In this document: positions 49,200 to 58,776 of the stretch, piece by piece | How positions within the stretch are numbered: the first letter of the stretch is position 1 | How the letters are laid out: each line of letters opens with the position of its first letter | From: an uncultured Gemmatimonadales bacterium | GTDB lineage: Bacteria > Gemmatimonadota > Gemmatimonadetes > Longimicrobiales > RSA9 | DNA: 64,000 nucleotides | Reading direction: 5' to 3' | NCBI GenBank assembly: GCA_963798845.1 | Contig: CAWCUS010000002.1 | Coordinates: 128,001-192,000 of the forward strand | The notes under the pieces: model-generated | What the model was told of the DNA's origin: nothing | Database searches by the model: none | The model's input: only the letters and a program-made list of their open reading frames with translations | Translations under genes and position numbers: made by a program

Positions 49200-49457
49200 A
49201 TGATCAAGATCCACATGGACCCGGGGCGGCTCTCGATCGAGGAGCTGCAGAACATCAGCCGGGCATTGCGCGGCACGTGCATCGACTGCGTGGAGCGGAG
49301 CGTGCCGGAGTGCTGCCGTCACAGCGACGAGGTCCGCCACTTCCTGGGCGCCATGGCGGACGCGGTGGACAGCGTGCGGCTGCGGAGGGAGCAGCGGGAT
49401 ACCGAGCTGGCGCTCGGCGTGGACCCCGACTCGGGGGAGTGGCTGGCGGGAGCCTGA
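49200..49457 (+). CDS. Small hypothetical protein with CxxC...CCxH motif
   Basis: Strong GGAGGAGG RBS; TCIDC...ECCRH. Confidence 0.65.
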   Translation: MIKIHMDPGRLSIEELQNISRALRGTCIDCVERSVPECCRHSDEVRHFLGAMADAVDSVRLRREQRDTELALGVDPDSGEWLAGA

Positions 49458-49465
49458 GCCGGGAC

Positions 49466-49879
49466 TCAGCCTGCGCGGCGATGCGCGCGGCGCTCGAGCA
49501 CCACCTGGCCGTCCACGACCATGAACCGGATGGCGCGGCTCGCGGCGTCGGGGAAAGCGGCCTGCAGGTGGCGGAAGCGGTCGTTGGAGACCACGCGGGC
49601 GTCCAGCTCGCGGGCGAAGGAGAGGATGAAGTAATCGGCGTCCGTACCCGCGGGGGCCTGCCGGATCCGACCGGCCGCCACGAGGGCCTCGTAGCCGTCG
49701 GGATCATCGATGGTGTGCCGCAGCGTCGCATCGACCAGGACGAGAGGGTCGAGGCCCTCCTCCTCCAGCTTCTGGCATACGGCCCGGATGTTGGCCAGAC
49801 GCGCCCCGCGACCCTCCACGGCGTGCGCGACGTTGGACCCATCGACGAGCACCACTTCCCGGCCTTCCCCTTCGGCCAT
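49466..49879 (-). CDS. Stand-alone NYN/PIN-fold ribonuclease (Zc3h12a-like)
   Basis: V.VDGSNVA, DADYFIL..A......VVSND.FR acidic active-site motifs; GGAG upstream. Confidence 0.8.
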   Translation of the reverse strand: MAEGEGREVVLVDGSNVAHAVEGRGARLANIRAVCQKLEEEGLDPLVLVDATLRHTIDDPDGYEALVAAGRIRQAPAGTDADYFILSFARELDARVVSNDRFRHLQAAFPDAASRAIRFMVVDGQVVLERRAHRRAG

Positions 49880-50094
49880 GAGACTCTCCTCCCGCGCGGC
49901 CGCCGGCTTTCACGGGCGTGCAACTGCCGTACCCGTCGCGGGCGCTGGCGGGGCGGTGCTGGCCGCGCCGCTCGCGGTTCGCTAACGTGATGCGTTCCGC
50001 GTCGTCGCGTCGGGCGGCCGCGGCACACCCCGACCGTTGCGCGGCCGGGGTCTTGCACTGCTCTCAACGGGTGCGACCCGCGAGGCATGCGCGC

Positions 50095-50961
50095 ATGAAC
50101 AAGGTCTCCATCCTCAGCTACGCCGCTCTGCTCGCAGTGAAGCACGCGAGCCGCGCGCTGTACCGCATCCATACCGAATGGGTGGGGGACGTCCCGCCGG
50201 ATCCCTGGGATGGAGTGCGCCTGATCGCGGTCGTGCACCACACGAGCCTGGCGGAAGCGATCTACCTGGCCGTGGTGCCGAACCGCATCCTGCGGAAGAT
50301 GTCCCGGCACGCCGTGCTTCCGGTGGCGCGGGAGACGATGGCGCGACCGATCGAAGGGCGCATCTTCCGGCTGCTGGTGCCGAATGCCGTGCCGATCACG
50401 CGGCGTCGCGACCAGAGCTGGGCACGGGTGCTGGACGAGATCGACGATCCCGACTCCATGATGGCGATGTTCCCGGAAGGCCGGATGATGCGGCCCGACG
50501 GCCGGGACAAGAGCGGCGCCCCGATGACCGTCAAGCCGGGGGTCGTGGAAGTGCTCCAGGCGCTCGGCCACGGGCGCATGATCCTGGCCTACAGTGGGGG
50601 GCTGCACCACGTCTTCGCGCCCGGCGCCTCTCTGCCGCGCTTCCTGCAGCCGCTGTCGCTCCGGCTCGAGTCGCTCGACATCGCCGCGTACCTGGAGGAG
50701 CGGGGCCGGGAGCTGCCGTCGCTGACCGACGCAGTGGTCCGGGACCTCACGCGAAGGCGGGACCTGTACACGCCGATCGCGCCCGGGACCCCGCCGGCCG
50801 TGGCGGCGGAAGTCGTTCGGCGTCGACAGCAGGCTTGGCTGCAGCGCTCGCTCGCCGGCGCTGTCAAGCGCCGCCCGAGGGCTTCCGCGGCACGATCATC
50901 GGTCGTCCGGCCAGGCGCTCCACCCCCTCCAGCAGCTCCGCCAGATCGAGCGGCGGGGTGA
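50095..50961 (+). CDS. PlsC-family acyltransferase, divergent
   Basis: HHTSLAE (HX4E) and FPEGRM.R motifs. Confidence 0.75.
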   Translation: MNKVSILSYAALLAVKHASRALYRIHTEWVGDVPPDPWDGVRLIAVVHHTSLAEAIYLAVVPNRILRKMSRHAVLPVARETMARPIEGRIFRLLVPNAVPITRRRDQSWARVLDEIDDPDSMMAMFPEGRMMRPDGRDKSGAPMTVKPGVVEVLQALGHGRMILAYSGGLHHVFAPGASLPRFLQPLSLRLESLDIAAYLEERGRELPSLTDAVVRDLTRRRDLYTPIAPGTPPAVAAEVVRRRQQAWLQRSLAGAVKRRPRASAARSSVVRPGAPPPPAAPPDRAAG

Positions 50962-51074
50962 GGCTGCCGTCCACCCCCGCCGCCAGCGCGGCCTGAGGGC
51001 AGCCGCAGCGCCCGGAGCCGAAGGGTCCGGCGGCCGTTGACCCGGGACCCGGTGCGGGCGAACCTTCCCCCGGC

Positions 51075-52559
51075 ATGAGACCCGGGCGCGACCGAAGGAT
51101 CGTCACGGCGGCCCTCATCCTCGGGATGTTCCTGGCTGCCCTCGAAGCCACTGCGGTGGGCACGGCGATGCCGACGGCCGTGGCCGAGCTGGGGGGCGTG
51201 GCCCGCTATTCGTGGGTGTTCTCCGCCTACCTGCTCACCTCCACGACCGTGGTCCCGCTGTTCGGGAAGCTGGCCGACCTGTACGGGCGACGCCGGATCT
51301 ACGTCCTGAGCGCGCTGCTCTTCATGGCGGGGTCGATGCTGTCCGGGCTCGCCGGCAGCTTCAACCAGCTGATCGCGTTCCGGGCCATCCAGGGGCTGGG
51401 CGCCGGCGGGGTCATGCCGGTGGCCACGACGCTCATCGGCGACATCTACCCGCTGGAGGAGCGCGGGAAGATCCAGGGGCTCTTTTCCGGTGTCTGGGGC
51501 GTTTCCAGCCTGGTGGGCCCCGCGGTGGGTGGGCTCGTGACGCAGCTTCTCAGCTGGCGCTGGGTCTTCTACCTGAACGTCCCTTTCGGCATCGCATCGG
51601 TGGTACTGCTCCAGCTCTACCTGACGGAGCGGCAGGTGAGGCGGGAGCACCGGCTCGACATCATGGGCACCGTGCTGCTGACGCTGTCGGTGACCGTCCT
51701 CCTGCTCACGCTCCTGGAGGGGACCGAGCTCTTCGGGTGGGGCGACTGGCGCACCCTCGGCCTGCTGGGGCTGTCGATGCTCGGGACCGCCCTCTTCCTC
51801 CTCCAGGAGCGACGCGCGGCCGAGCCGATGCTCCCCCTCGCCCTCTTCCGCAACCCGGTGATCTCGGTGTCCAGTGCCGGGAACGTGGTCCTGGGCACGG
51901 TCCTGTTCTGCGCCACGGCGTTCGTCCCCATGTTCACGCAGGGCGTGCTGGGGGGCACGGCAGTCGACGCGGGGATGAGCCTGGCGCCCATGTCCATCGG
52001 GTGGCCGATCGCGAGCACCGCGGCCGGGTGGCTCCTGTTGCGCGTCGGATACCGCCCGCTCGGCGTGATGGGCGCGCTGGCGACGTTCGCCGGCACGGCC
52101 GTCCTTCTCGGCGCCGGCCCGGAGTCCTCGCGTACCCTGCTCATGGCGGCAATGCTGGTGACGGGGGTGGGGCTCGGGCTCGTCTCCACGCCGTACCTCG
52201 TGGCGGTGCAGAACGCAGTGCCCTGGCAGCTGCGCGGCGTGGCCACGAGCAGCACGCAGTTCTTCCGCACGATCGGCGGCGCCATCGCCGTGGCGGGGCT
52301 CGGCGCGGTCCTCACCACGCACCTGAACGAGGCCAACGTGCAGCTGGATCCCAACATGGCGCTGAATCCCGCCCTGCGGGGCGCCGTGCCGCCCGAACAG
52401 CTGGACGCGCTCCGGCAGGCGCTCGCGGGCGGGCTCCACTCCGTCTACATCGGCATGCTCGTCGTGGCTGCGGCTGGTGTGGCCGTGGCGCTGGTGTTCC
52501 CGCGCGGCAGCGCGCAGTCCCAGGCCCACGACGCTGCGGGCCCCGGGCGTCCGGGCTAG
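51075..52559 (+). CDS. MFS multidrug transporter (DHA2/MDR family)
   Basis: FLAALE.T.V.TAMP, W...AYLL......P.FGKL.D.YGRR, RAIQG.GAG, GP..GG, W.W.FY.NVP. Confidence 0.93.
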   Translation: MRPGRDRRIVTAALILGMFLAALEATAVGTAMPTAVAELGGVARYSWVFSAYLLTSTTVVPLFGKLADLYGRRRIYVLSALLFMAGSMLSGLAGSFNQLIAFRAIQGLGAGGVMPVATTLIGDIYPLEERGKIQGLFSGVWGVSSLVGPAVGGLVTQLLSWRWVFYLNVPFGIASVVLLQLYLTERQVRREHRLDIMGTVLLTLSVTVLLLTLLEGTELFGWGDWRTLGLLGLSMLGTALFLLQERRAAEPMLPLALFRNPVISVSSAGNVVLGTVLFCATAFVPMFTQGVLGGTAVDAGMSLAPMSIGWPIASTAAGWLLLRVGYRPLGVMGALATFAGTAVLLGAGPESSRTLLMAAMLVTGVGLGLVSTPYLVAVQNAVPWQLRGVATSSTQFFRTIGGAIAVAGLGAVLTTHLNEANVQLDPNMALNPALRGAVPPEQLDALRQALAGGLHSVYIGMLVVAAAGVAVALVFPRGSAQSQAHDAAGPGRPG

Positions 52560-53299
52560 GGGACGCGCAGCGTGGCCGCCGCGCGGCCGATGCGCGCGAG
52601 CTGGTACGGTCCGCTGGACGTGGCCGCGGTGGCCTCGAGCACGAGCTCCATCCCGACTCGGTAGCGTCCTCGCTCCAGCCGCACGCCGCCTATCGGACCG
52701 GAGAGGGTGCGGCTGTAGCGCCCGTTCGGCTGCAGAGCGTCGGTCGCGTCCGGGAACTGGTCGATGAGGACGGCGCCATCGGGGCGGATCTCGATGGTGA
52801 GGGCGCCAATGTCGCCGCCGGGGACGGGAGAGCCATCGTCGCCCAGGATGGTGCCCGAGACCTCTGCTCGGGGCAGGCCCGCCCCGCCGATCTCCACGTC
52901 GGCCAGCGTCAGGTCGATCTGGAGCTCCACCTTGCCGGCCGCTCGCACCTCCATGGGGAAGACGACGCGGCTGAGGGAGCGCGCCGTGGCATAGCGGACG
53001 TCCGGGCCGGCGGCCGTGTCCACGGGCTCGGCTGCCACGCCGCCCGCGAGTCGTCCGGGCCGTGGCTCCTCGGAATAGGCGGAAGTCAGGCTGTCCGCGG
53101 CCCAGAGCTCGGGATCGCCGGGGCCGTAGGAAGCGGGCGCACGCGAGGGGGACGCGTCGTCGGCGGAGCCACGGGCGGTGGCGGAGGTCGTACGGCCCTC
53201 GAGCCATATGTCGGCGCTCCGAGCGCACGCGGACGTCGCGGCGAGGGTGGCGGCGAGGACGATGTGGACGGCGCTGCGCGTCGTCGCGCGATGATCCAT
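52556..53299 (-). CDS. Hypothetical lipoprotein
   Basis: Hydrophobic signal ending ATSAC; GGAG upstream; beta-rich C-terminus. Confidence 0.55.
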   Translation of the reverse strand: MDHRATTRSAVHIVLAATLAATSACARSADIWLEGRTTSATARGSADDASPSRAPASYGPGDPELWAADSLTSAYSEEPRPGRLAGGVAAEPVDTAAGPDVRYATARSLSRVVFPMEVRAAGKVELQIDLTLADVEIGGAGLPRAEVSGTILGDDGSPVPGGDIGALTIEIRPDGAVLIDQFPDATDALQPNGRYSRTLSGPIGGVRLERGRYRVGMELVLEATAATSSGPYQLARIGRAAATLRVP

Positions 53300-53508
53300 G
53301 ATGGACTCCCGGCTCCGGGTGATCGCCGCGAGCGGACAGCGAGCGCACGGCGGACCGTGGCGCCGGCACCGGCCGCGCGGAGCGTCGGCCGCTGCGGTCG
53401 ACGTGGTCAATCTGGCCGTGCGGGGGCAGGGGCGCGATGAGCCGCACGGGGAACACCTCTTGCTCTCCCCACAGGTGAGTTGCTCGAGTCCTCCCACCCG
53501 GAGCCGTC

Positions 53509-55239
53509 ATGGGTCACGATCAGAACGGCGACCGTATGCCGCGCCCCGATCGTTCCGCCGCCCCCTCCGCTCAGCCCCATCCAGACCGCACCGGCTCCGG
53601 AGAGGCCGGGGGCGGGCACCCGCTGCGCCGGATTCTCTGCGTGTTCCCGCAGTACGCCCGCTCGTTCGGCACGCTGCACCACGCGTATCCGCTGCACGGC
53701 CGCGCCCGCGCGTTCATGCCCCCACAGGGGCTGCTGGTCGTGGCCGGCGCGATCCCGGACCATTGGGAAGTGCGCTTCGTGGACGAGAACCTGGGCCGGG
53801 CCAAGGACGAGGACTACGAGTGGGCGGACGCCGTGTTCATCACCGGGATGCACGTGCAGCGCGACCGGATCCGGGAAGTGAACGCCACCGCGCACCGGCA
53901 CGGCCTCGTGACCGCGCTGGGGGGGCCGTCGGTCTCGGCGTGCCCGGAGTGGTACCCGGACGTGGACCTGCTGCACATCGGCGAGCTCGGCGATGGCACG
54001 GACGCGCTCTTCGCCCGGGTCGGCCGGACAGTCGATCGCCCGCGGGACCAGCTCACCTTCGAGACCACGGAGCGGCGGCCGCTGCACGAGTTCCCGCTCC
54101 CCGCGTACGAGCACATCGACGTCCGCGACTACTTCCTGGCGAGCATCCAGTACTCCAGCGGCTGTCCCTTCCGCTGCGAGTTCTGCGACATCCCGGAGCT
54201 GTATGGCCGCGTCCCTCGGCTGAAGACGCCGGAGCAGGTGTGCGCGGAGCTGGACGCGCTCATGGCGTCGGGCCCGCCGGGCGCCGTCTACTTCGTGGAC
54301 GACAACTTCATAGGGAGCCAGAAGGCGGCGCTTCAGCTCCTCCCGCACCTGGTGGAATGGCAGCGGCGGAACGGCTATCCCCTGAGCCTGGCGTGCGAAC
54401 TGTCGATCAACGTCGCCCGCAACGAGCGGATCCTGGAGCTCATGCGCGAGGCGTGGTTCCACACGGTGTTCGTCGGGATCGAGACGCCGGACGAGGACTC
54501 GCTGCGCGGGATCTCGAAGAAGCAGAACCTGGGGATGCCGATCCTGGAGGCGGTGGAGATCCTCAACTCGTACGGGTTCGAGGTGGTGTCGGGGATCATC
54601 ATGGGGCTGGACACGGACACGGAGGAGACGCCCGACCGGATCCTCGAGTTCATCGAGGCGTCCGCCATCCCGATGCTCACGATCAACCTCCTGTACGCGC
54701 TTCCGCGGACACCGCTCTGGCGACGCCTGGAGAAGGAGGGGCGGATCCTCTCGGACGGGGCGGGCGGCGATGAGTCGAACGTGGATTTCAAGCTCCCCCG
54801 CGAAGTGGTGCGGGAGGGCTGGCTGCGGGCGGTGCGCGAAGCGAACGCGCCCGAGGCGCTCTACCGCCGCTTCCAGCACCAGGTGGACCACACCTACCGG
54901 AACCGCTTCGACCCGGGAGAGAACCGGAGGGTGCCCGAGGGATCGCTCCGGAAAGGGCTCGGGATGCTGGCGCGCATCTTCTGGGAGGTCGGCGTGCGCA
55001 GCGATTACCGCCGCACGTTCTGGCGCTTCGCCCTGCCTGCGCTCAGGGAAGGCAGGATCGAGTCGCTGGTGCACGTGCCGATGGTGGCGCACCACCTGAT
55101 CCAGTTCGCCCGTGACTGTGACGCCGGTGTGGGCGAGTACTCCTTCTACTCCCCCGAGGGCACGCCCGGCCGCGCCCCGGCTGGAAAGCGCCGTGGCCAA
55201 CACTCGCTCGTCCACCTCGAGATGGGCCGCAGCGGATGA
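53509..55239 (+). CDS. hpnP: B12-binding radical SAM protein, hopanoid C-2 methylase (HpnP)-like
   Basis: RILCVFP.Y..SFGT..H.YPL....AFMPPQGLL, WADAVF..GMH.QR, LGGPSVSACP..YP, H.GELGD.TD, SIQYSSGCP..CEFCDIP.LYGR.PRLK (CxxxCxxC), EVVSGII.GLDTD, ESNVDF, VAHHLI. Colinear with Rhodopseudomonas HpnP as recalled. Confidence 0.82.
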   Translation: MGHDQNGDRMPRPDRSAAPSAQPHPDRTGSGEAGGGHPLRRILCVFPQYARSFGTLHHAYPLHGRARAFMPPQGLLVVAGAIPDHWEVRFVDENLGRAKDEDYEWADAVFITGMHVQRDRIREVNATAHRHGLVTALGGPSVSACPEWYPDVDLLHIGELGDGTDALFARVGRTVDRPRDQLTFETTERRPLHEFPLPAYEHIDVRDYFLASIQYSSGCPFRCEFCDIPELYGRVPRLKTPEQVCAELDALMASGPPGAVYFVDDNFIGSQKAALQLLPHLVEWQRRNGYPLSLACELSINVARNERILELMREAWFHTVFVGIETPDEDSLRGISKKQNLGMPILEAVEILNSYGFEVVSGIIMGLDTDTEETPDRILEFIEASAIPMLTINLLYALPRTPLWRRLEKEGRILSDGAGGDESNVDFKLPREVVREGWLRAVREANAPEALYRRFQHQVDHTYRNRFDPGENRRVPEGSLRKGLGMLARIFWEVGVRSDYRRTFWRFALPALREGRIESLVHVPMVAHHLIQFARDCDAGVGEYSFYSPEGTPGRAPAGKRRGQHSLVHLEMGRSG

Positions 55240-56255
55240 GGAAGCCGACCGTGAAGGTCTGGGGCACCGTCCTGCTCCTGGTCGGGCTCGGCCTCACCAT
55301 ATTCTTCGTGGTCACGACGGGGCCCGCCCGCATCTGGGGAATGCTCCGGGAGGCAGGCTGGTGGGTGCTCGCCGTGGCGTTCGCCCACTTCGCCTACATC
55401 GCGATCCTCGCCATGGCATGGCGGACGCTGCTCCACGCCAATGGGGCCAGGGCCCCGTTCCGCGACATCTTCTACTACCGCTGGGTGGCCGACGGATCGC
55501 AGGCGCTCCTCCCGGGCCCCGAGGTCACCGGGGACGTCATGCGCGGCTACCTCCTGGCACGTCGGCGGCCGGAGGTCCAGGGACCCGTCTCGGCGGCGGT
55601 GATCATCGTGGAGCTCACGCTCCGGATGGTCTCGCTGATCCTGTTCATCGGGACCGGGCTCATCCTGCTGGCCATACGGGGCCAGGGCATGGTCAACACG
55701 CTGGTGGCGGGCGGGATCCTCGTCGCCATGCTGGCGTCCCTGGTCTACGTCCAGCGCGCGAGCCTCCTGCGCAAGCTGGCCACCAAGATGGAGCGCCGCG
55801 CGCAGCAGGAGCGCTGGCTCCGGTTCGCCGGAAGCATGAGCGGGGTGGACGCGGAGATCGGGACCATCTACGGAGAGACCGGCGCCCTCGCCCGCACCGC
55901 CGGCTGGCACTTCCTCGGCTTCTTCTTCGCCGCGGCCGAGATCTGGATGCTCCTCTACGCCGTCCACCACTACGTCGGCGCGCCGGACGTGGTGGTGTTC
56001 GAGAGCATCGGCCGCGCGGCCTCCAACGCCGGGTTCTTCATGCCCGCCGGCCTGGGGGCGCAGGAGGGCGGCTACCTGCTGGGCGCCCGCTTCGTCGGTC
56101 TGGCCGCCGCCGTGGGCGTGGCCATCTCGCTGCTGAAGCGGCTGCGCGACGTGCTGGTCGGGCTGCCGGCGCTGGGGCTGCTCTGGTTCCGGGAGATTCG
56201 CTCGCCCGCCGACCGGGAGGAGCTCCGCGAGGTCACCGCGCCACCGATCCCCTGA
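55236..56255 (+). CDS. HpnL-like / lysylphosphatidylglycerol-synthase TM (flippase-like) protein
   Basis: W..LL, RW......LLP...V.G...R, F..PAG.G.QEGGY, SL.KR.RD...G.P; ATGA overlap with hpnP. Confidence 0.78.
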   Translation: MRKPTVKVWGTVLLLVGLGLTIFFVVTTGPARIWGMLREAGWWVLAVAFAHFAYIAILAMAWRTLLHANGARAPFRDIFYYRWVADGSQALLPGPEVTGDVMRGYLLARRRPEVQGPVSAAVIIVELTLRMVSLILFIGTGLILLAIRGQGMVNTLVAGGILVAMLASLVYVQRASLLRKLATKMERRAQQERWLRFAGSMSGVDAEIGTIYGETGALARTAGWHFLGFFFAAAEIWMLLYAVHHYVGAPDVVVFESIGRAASNAGFFMPAGLGAQEGGYLLGARFVGLAAAVGVAISLLKRLRDVLVGLPALGLLWFREIRSPADREELREVTAPPIP

Positions 56256-56311
56256 AGGCCAGCGCCGCTGCCGATCGGCAGAGCGCCCGGTCCGGTTCCG
56301 ACACGAGGGGC

Positions 56312-56430
56312 CCGCCGGGTCAGCGGGCCTCGGCCGCCGGGTCAGCGGGCCTCGGCCGCCGGGTCAGCGGGCCTCGGCCGCCGCGTCAGCGGGCCTCGGC
56401 CGCCGGGTCAGCGGGCCTCGGCCGCCGCGT
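56312..56430. repeat. Five tandem copies of a 22-bp unit that includes the stop codon of the AI-2E gene
   Basis: GTCAGCGGGCCTCGGCCGCCG(G/C) at 56319, 56341, 56363, 56385 and 56407. Confidence 0.93.
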
Positions 56431-57508
56431 CCACGTCCGGCGAGGCGTCCACGGCTTCCCGCTCCTTCGGCGCCACCACCTCCAGCACGAACACGCGCAC
56501 CGCCGCCGCGGACGGGATCGCGACCAGGATCCCCAGGATGCCGCCGACGCCGCCGCCGACGATGATGGCGAACAGCACCAGGGTCTGCGGCACGTCCGTC
56601 TGGCTGCGCATGATGTTGGGCGTGAGCAGATGCCCTTCGACCTGCTCGAGGCCGGTGTAGAGGAGGATGGCGATGACGGCCTTGGTCAGCGACTGGAGGA
56701 GCGCGATCAGCGCCACGATCACCCCCACCACGATCGGGCCGATGAAGGGGACCACCTCGCCCAGCATGGTGAGCACTCCGAGCGCCAGCGGGTAACGCAC
56801 GCCGATCAGGAGCAGCCCCACGTAGGCCAGGATCCCCATGATCACCGCGTTGATCACCGCACCCCGCACGTAACCGCCCATGGTCTGACCCATCCGGTGC
56901 AGGACCTGGCGCGTCTTGCGGCGGTGGCGGTCCGGGACGAGGGACAGGGTGAAGTCGCGGATCGCGCGCGCCGTGATCAGCCAGTAGATGCTGAGGAAGA
57001 TCACCACCAGCACATCGATGGCCGCGCCCATGATCATCGTGGGGGCTGCGATCACGAGGTCGCCGAGGCGACCCTGCATCGACCCGGCGAAGCCGGCCAT
57101 GTCCTGCTGCGAGAGCAGGCCGATGCGGCTGAGTCGCTCCTGAACGTCGCCGATGAGCGACGGTGCGCGCTGCACCAGCTCCTGCCCCTGGTCCACCAGC
57201 GCGGGAGCGACGAACCAGCCGAGCCCCACGAGCACCGCGACGATGGCCAGATAGACCACCGTGACGGCGAGCGTGCGGCGGTGGATCCGCTCCTCCACCC
57301 AGCCGACCACCGGCGCCAGCGACTCCGCGAGCGTGATGGCCACGATCAGGAGCGCGAGCGGCCGGAGCATCATCCCGATCAGCTGGATCACGCCGAGCCC
57401 CAGGGCCAGGGCGGCGGCCAGCGGCAGGACCACCTCCCAGCGCATCCGGCTCAGCGTGGCGTGTACGACGCCTGGTTCCGACCCTTCCGTCTCGCGGTTC
57501 CGTGCCAT
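56408..57508 (-). CDS. AI-2E (PerM) family transporter
   Basis: L.P.V...E, P....Q, YVRG, VPFIGP, QVEG..L.P.IM, GG..GI.G..VAIP. Confidence 0.9.
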   Translation of the reverse strand: MARNRETEGSEPGVVHATLSRMRWEVVLPLAAALALGLGVIQLIGMMLRPLALLIVAITLAESLAPVVGWVEERIHRRTLAVTVVYLAIVAVLVGLGWFVAPALVDQGQELVQRAPSLIGDVQERLSRIGLLSQQDMAGFAGSMQGRLGDLVIAAPTMIMGAAIDVLVVIFLSIYWLITARAIRDFTLSLVPDRHRRKTRQVLHRMGQTMGGYVRGAVINAVIMGILAYVGLLLIGVRYPLALGVLTMLGEVVPFIGPIVVGVIVALIALLQSLTKAVIAILLYTGLEQVEGHLLTPNIMRSQTDVPQTLVLFAIIVGGGVGGILGILVAIPSAAAVRVFVLEVVAPKEREAVDASPDVDAAAEAR

Positions 57509-57696
57509 GGCGGCCCCAGGACCGGTCAAGATCCGCGCCACACAGCGGCGTTCCGCCTCGGTTTCCGCACGCGCACGGAGGCGCCGGGCGCGACCGTCCG
57601 ACGTGAACGTTGCCATGCCCGCGCGCTCGATGACGGCACCCGGGTGTTCGGCGCCGTGGCGATCACGCCCGGGCGGCTCCGCGTCGTCCTCGTTTC

Positions 57697-58593
57697 CTAG
57701 GCCGCGGCGAACCGGGCCGTCCACCAGCCCCGGTCCCGGGCCTCCTCGGCCACTCTCAGCCCGGCCGAAGCGGCCGCGGCCACGACCTCGTCGCGCTCGA
57801 CCCGCAGCACCCCCGACACCAACACGGACCCGCCGGACGCCAGCTGCGCCGCGAGGCCAGGAATCAGAGACACGACGGTGTCGGCGTCCAGATTCGCCAG
57901 CACCAGGTCGAACGGTCCCCGCCACGCCCAGCCGCCCAGCCGGGCCAGCCGGCCCAGGTCCCTCTCCGTCACCCGGCGCTCCACGACCTCCACTCGCCCG
58001 GCCACGCCGCTCGCCCGCGCGTTCTCGCGGGCTGCAGCGCAGGCCAGGGCGTCCGCCTCGATGGCCACGGCCCGATCGGCCCCCAGGAGCGCCGCGGCGA
58101 TGGAGAGCACGCCGGAACCGGCGCCGACATCGAGGACCCGCTTGCCGGCGAGCTGCGCCGAGGCAAGCAGGCGGAGGCACGCCCGCGTCGTCGGGTGCTC
58201 GGCCGTCCCGAAGGCGACGGCCGGATCCAGGCGGATCACCAGGTCCTCCGGCTCCCCGTCCCACGCGCTCCCCGTGGGCGCCACCACAACCCGCCCCGCC
58301 ACCCGCTCCGGCGGGTGTGCCGCCCGCCACGCCGCCGCCCAGTCGGCATGGCTCCGCCATTGCCATGAGAGCTGCGGTTCGGAGATCGAGGTGCTGGCGC
58401 GGATCGATGCCGCCGCGGCCGCGAGGAGCGACGCCGGCTCGACGGGAGCCGGGAAGAGCGCGGCTATGCGGTCGCCCTCACGCTCCACGGCCCGGGCGCC
58501 CACGCGCCGGAGCGCATCCACCAGGAGGAGCGCCTCGGCGGGCGAGCCGGCCGGGACGGTGAGCACGAGCCACCGGTCGGGGATTGCGTGCAC
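57697..58593 (-). CDS. prmA: Ribosomal protein L11 methyltransferase
   Basis: DW...W, I.LDP..AFGT..H.TT..CL, VLDVG.GSG.L.IAA, FD.V.AN, SG. Start position approximate. Confidence 0.85.
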   Translation of the reverse strand: MHAIPDRWLVLTVPAGSPAEALLLVDALRRVGARAVEREGDRIAALFPAPVEPASLLAAAAASIRASTSISEPQLSWQWRSHADWAAAWRAAHPPERVAGRVVVAPTGSAWDGEPEDLVIRLDPAVAFGTAEHPTTRACLRLLASAQLAGKRVLDVGAGSGVLSIAAALLGADRAVAIEADALACAAARENARASGVAGRVEVVERRVTERDLGRLARLGGWAWRGPFDLVLANLDADTVVSLIPGLAAQLASGGSVLVSGVLRVERDEVVAAAASAGLRVAEEARDRGWWTARFAAA

Positions 58594-58776
58594 CGGGTCG
58601 GATCTTCCTCGGGTTCGCGTCACGGGCGACACCGTGCGCTGCGTCGCCGGCATCCGCCGTGGAAGGTGGCGGCGCCCGGTCAGCAGCGCCACTTCCGTCG
58701 TGCCGGCGCGGACGTGAGGCGGCCGGCACGACGGGGACCCGCCCGTGGCCGGAGTGCGGCCCCAAGCAAAGCCCGG

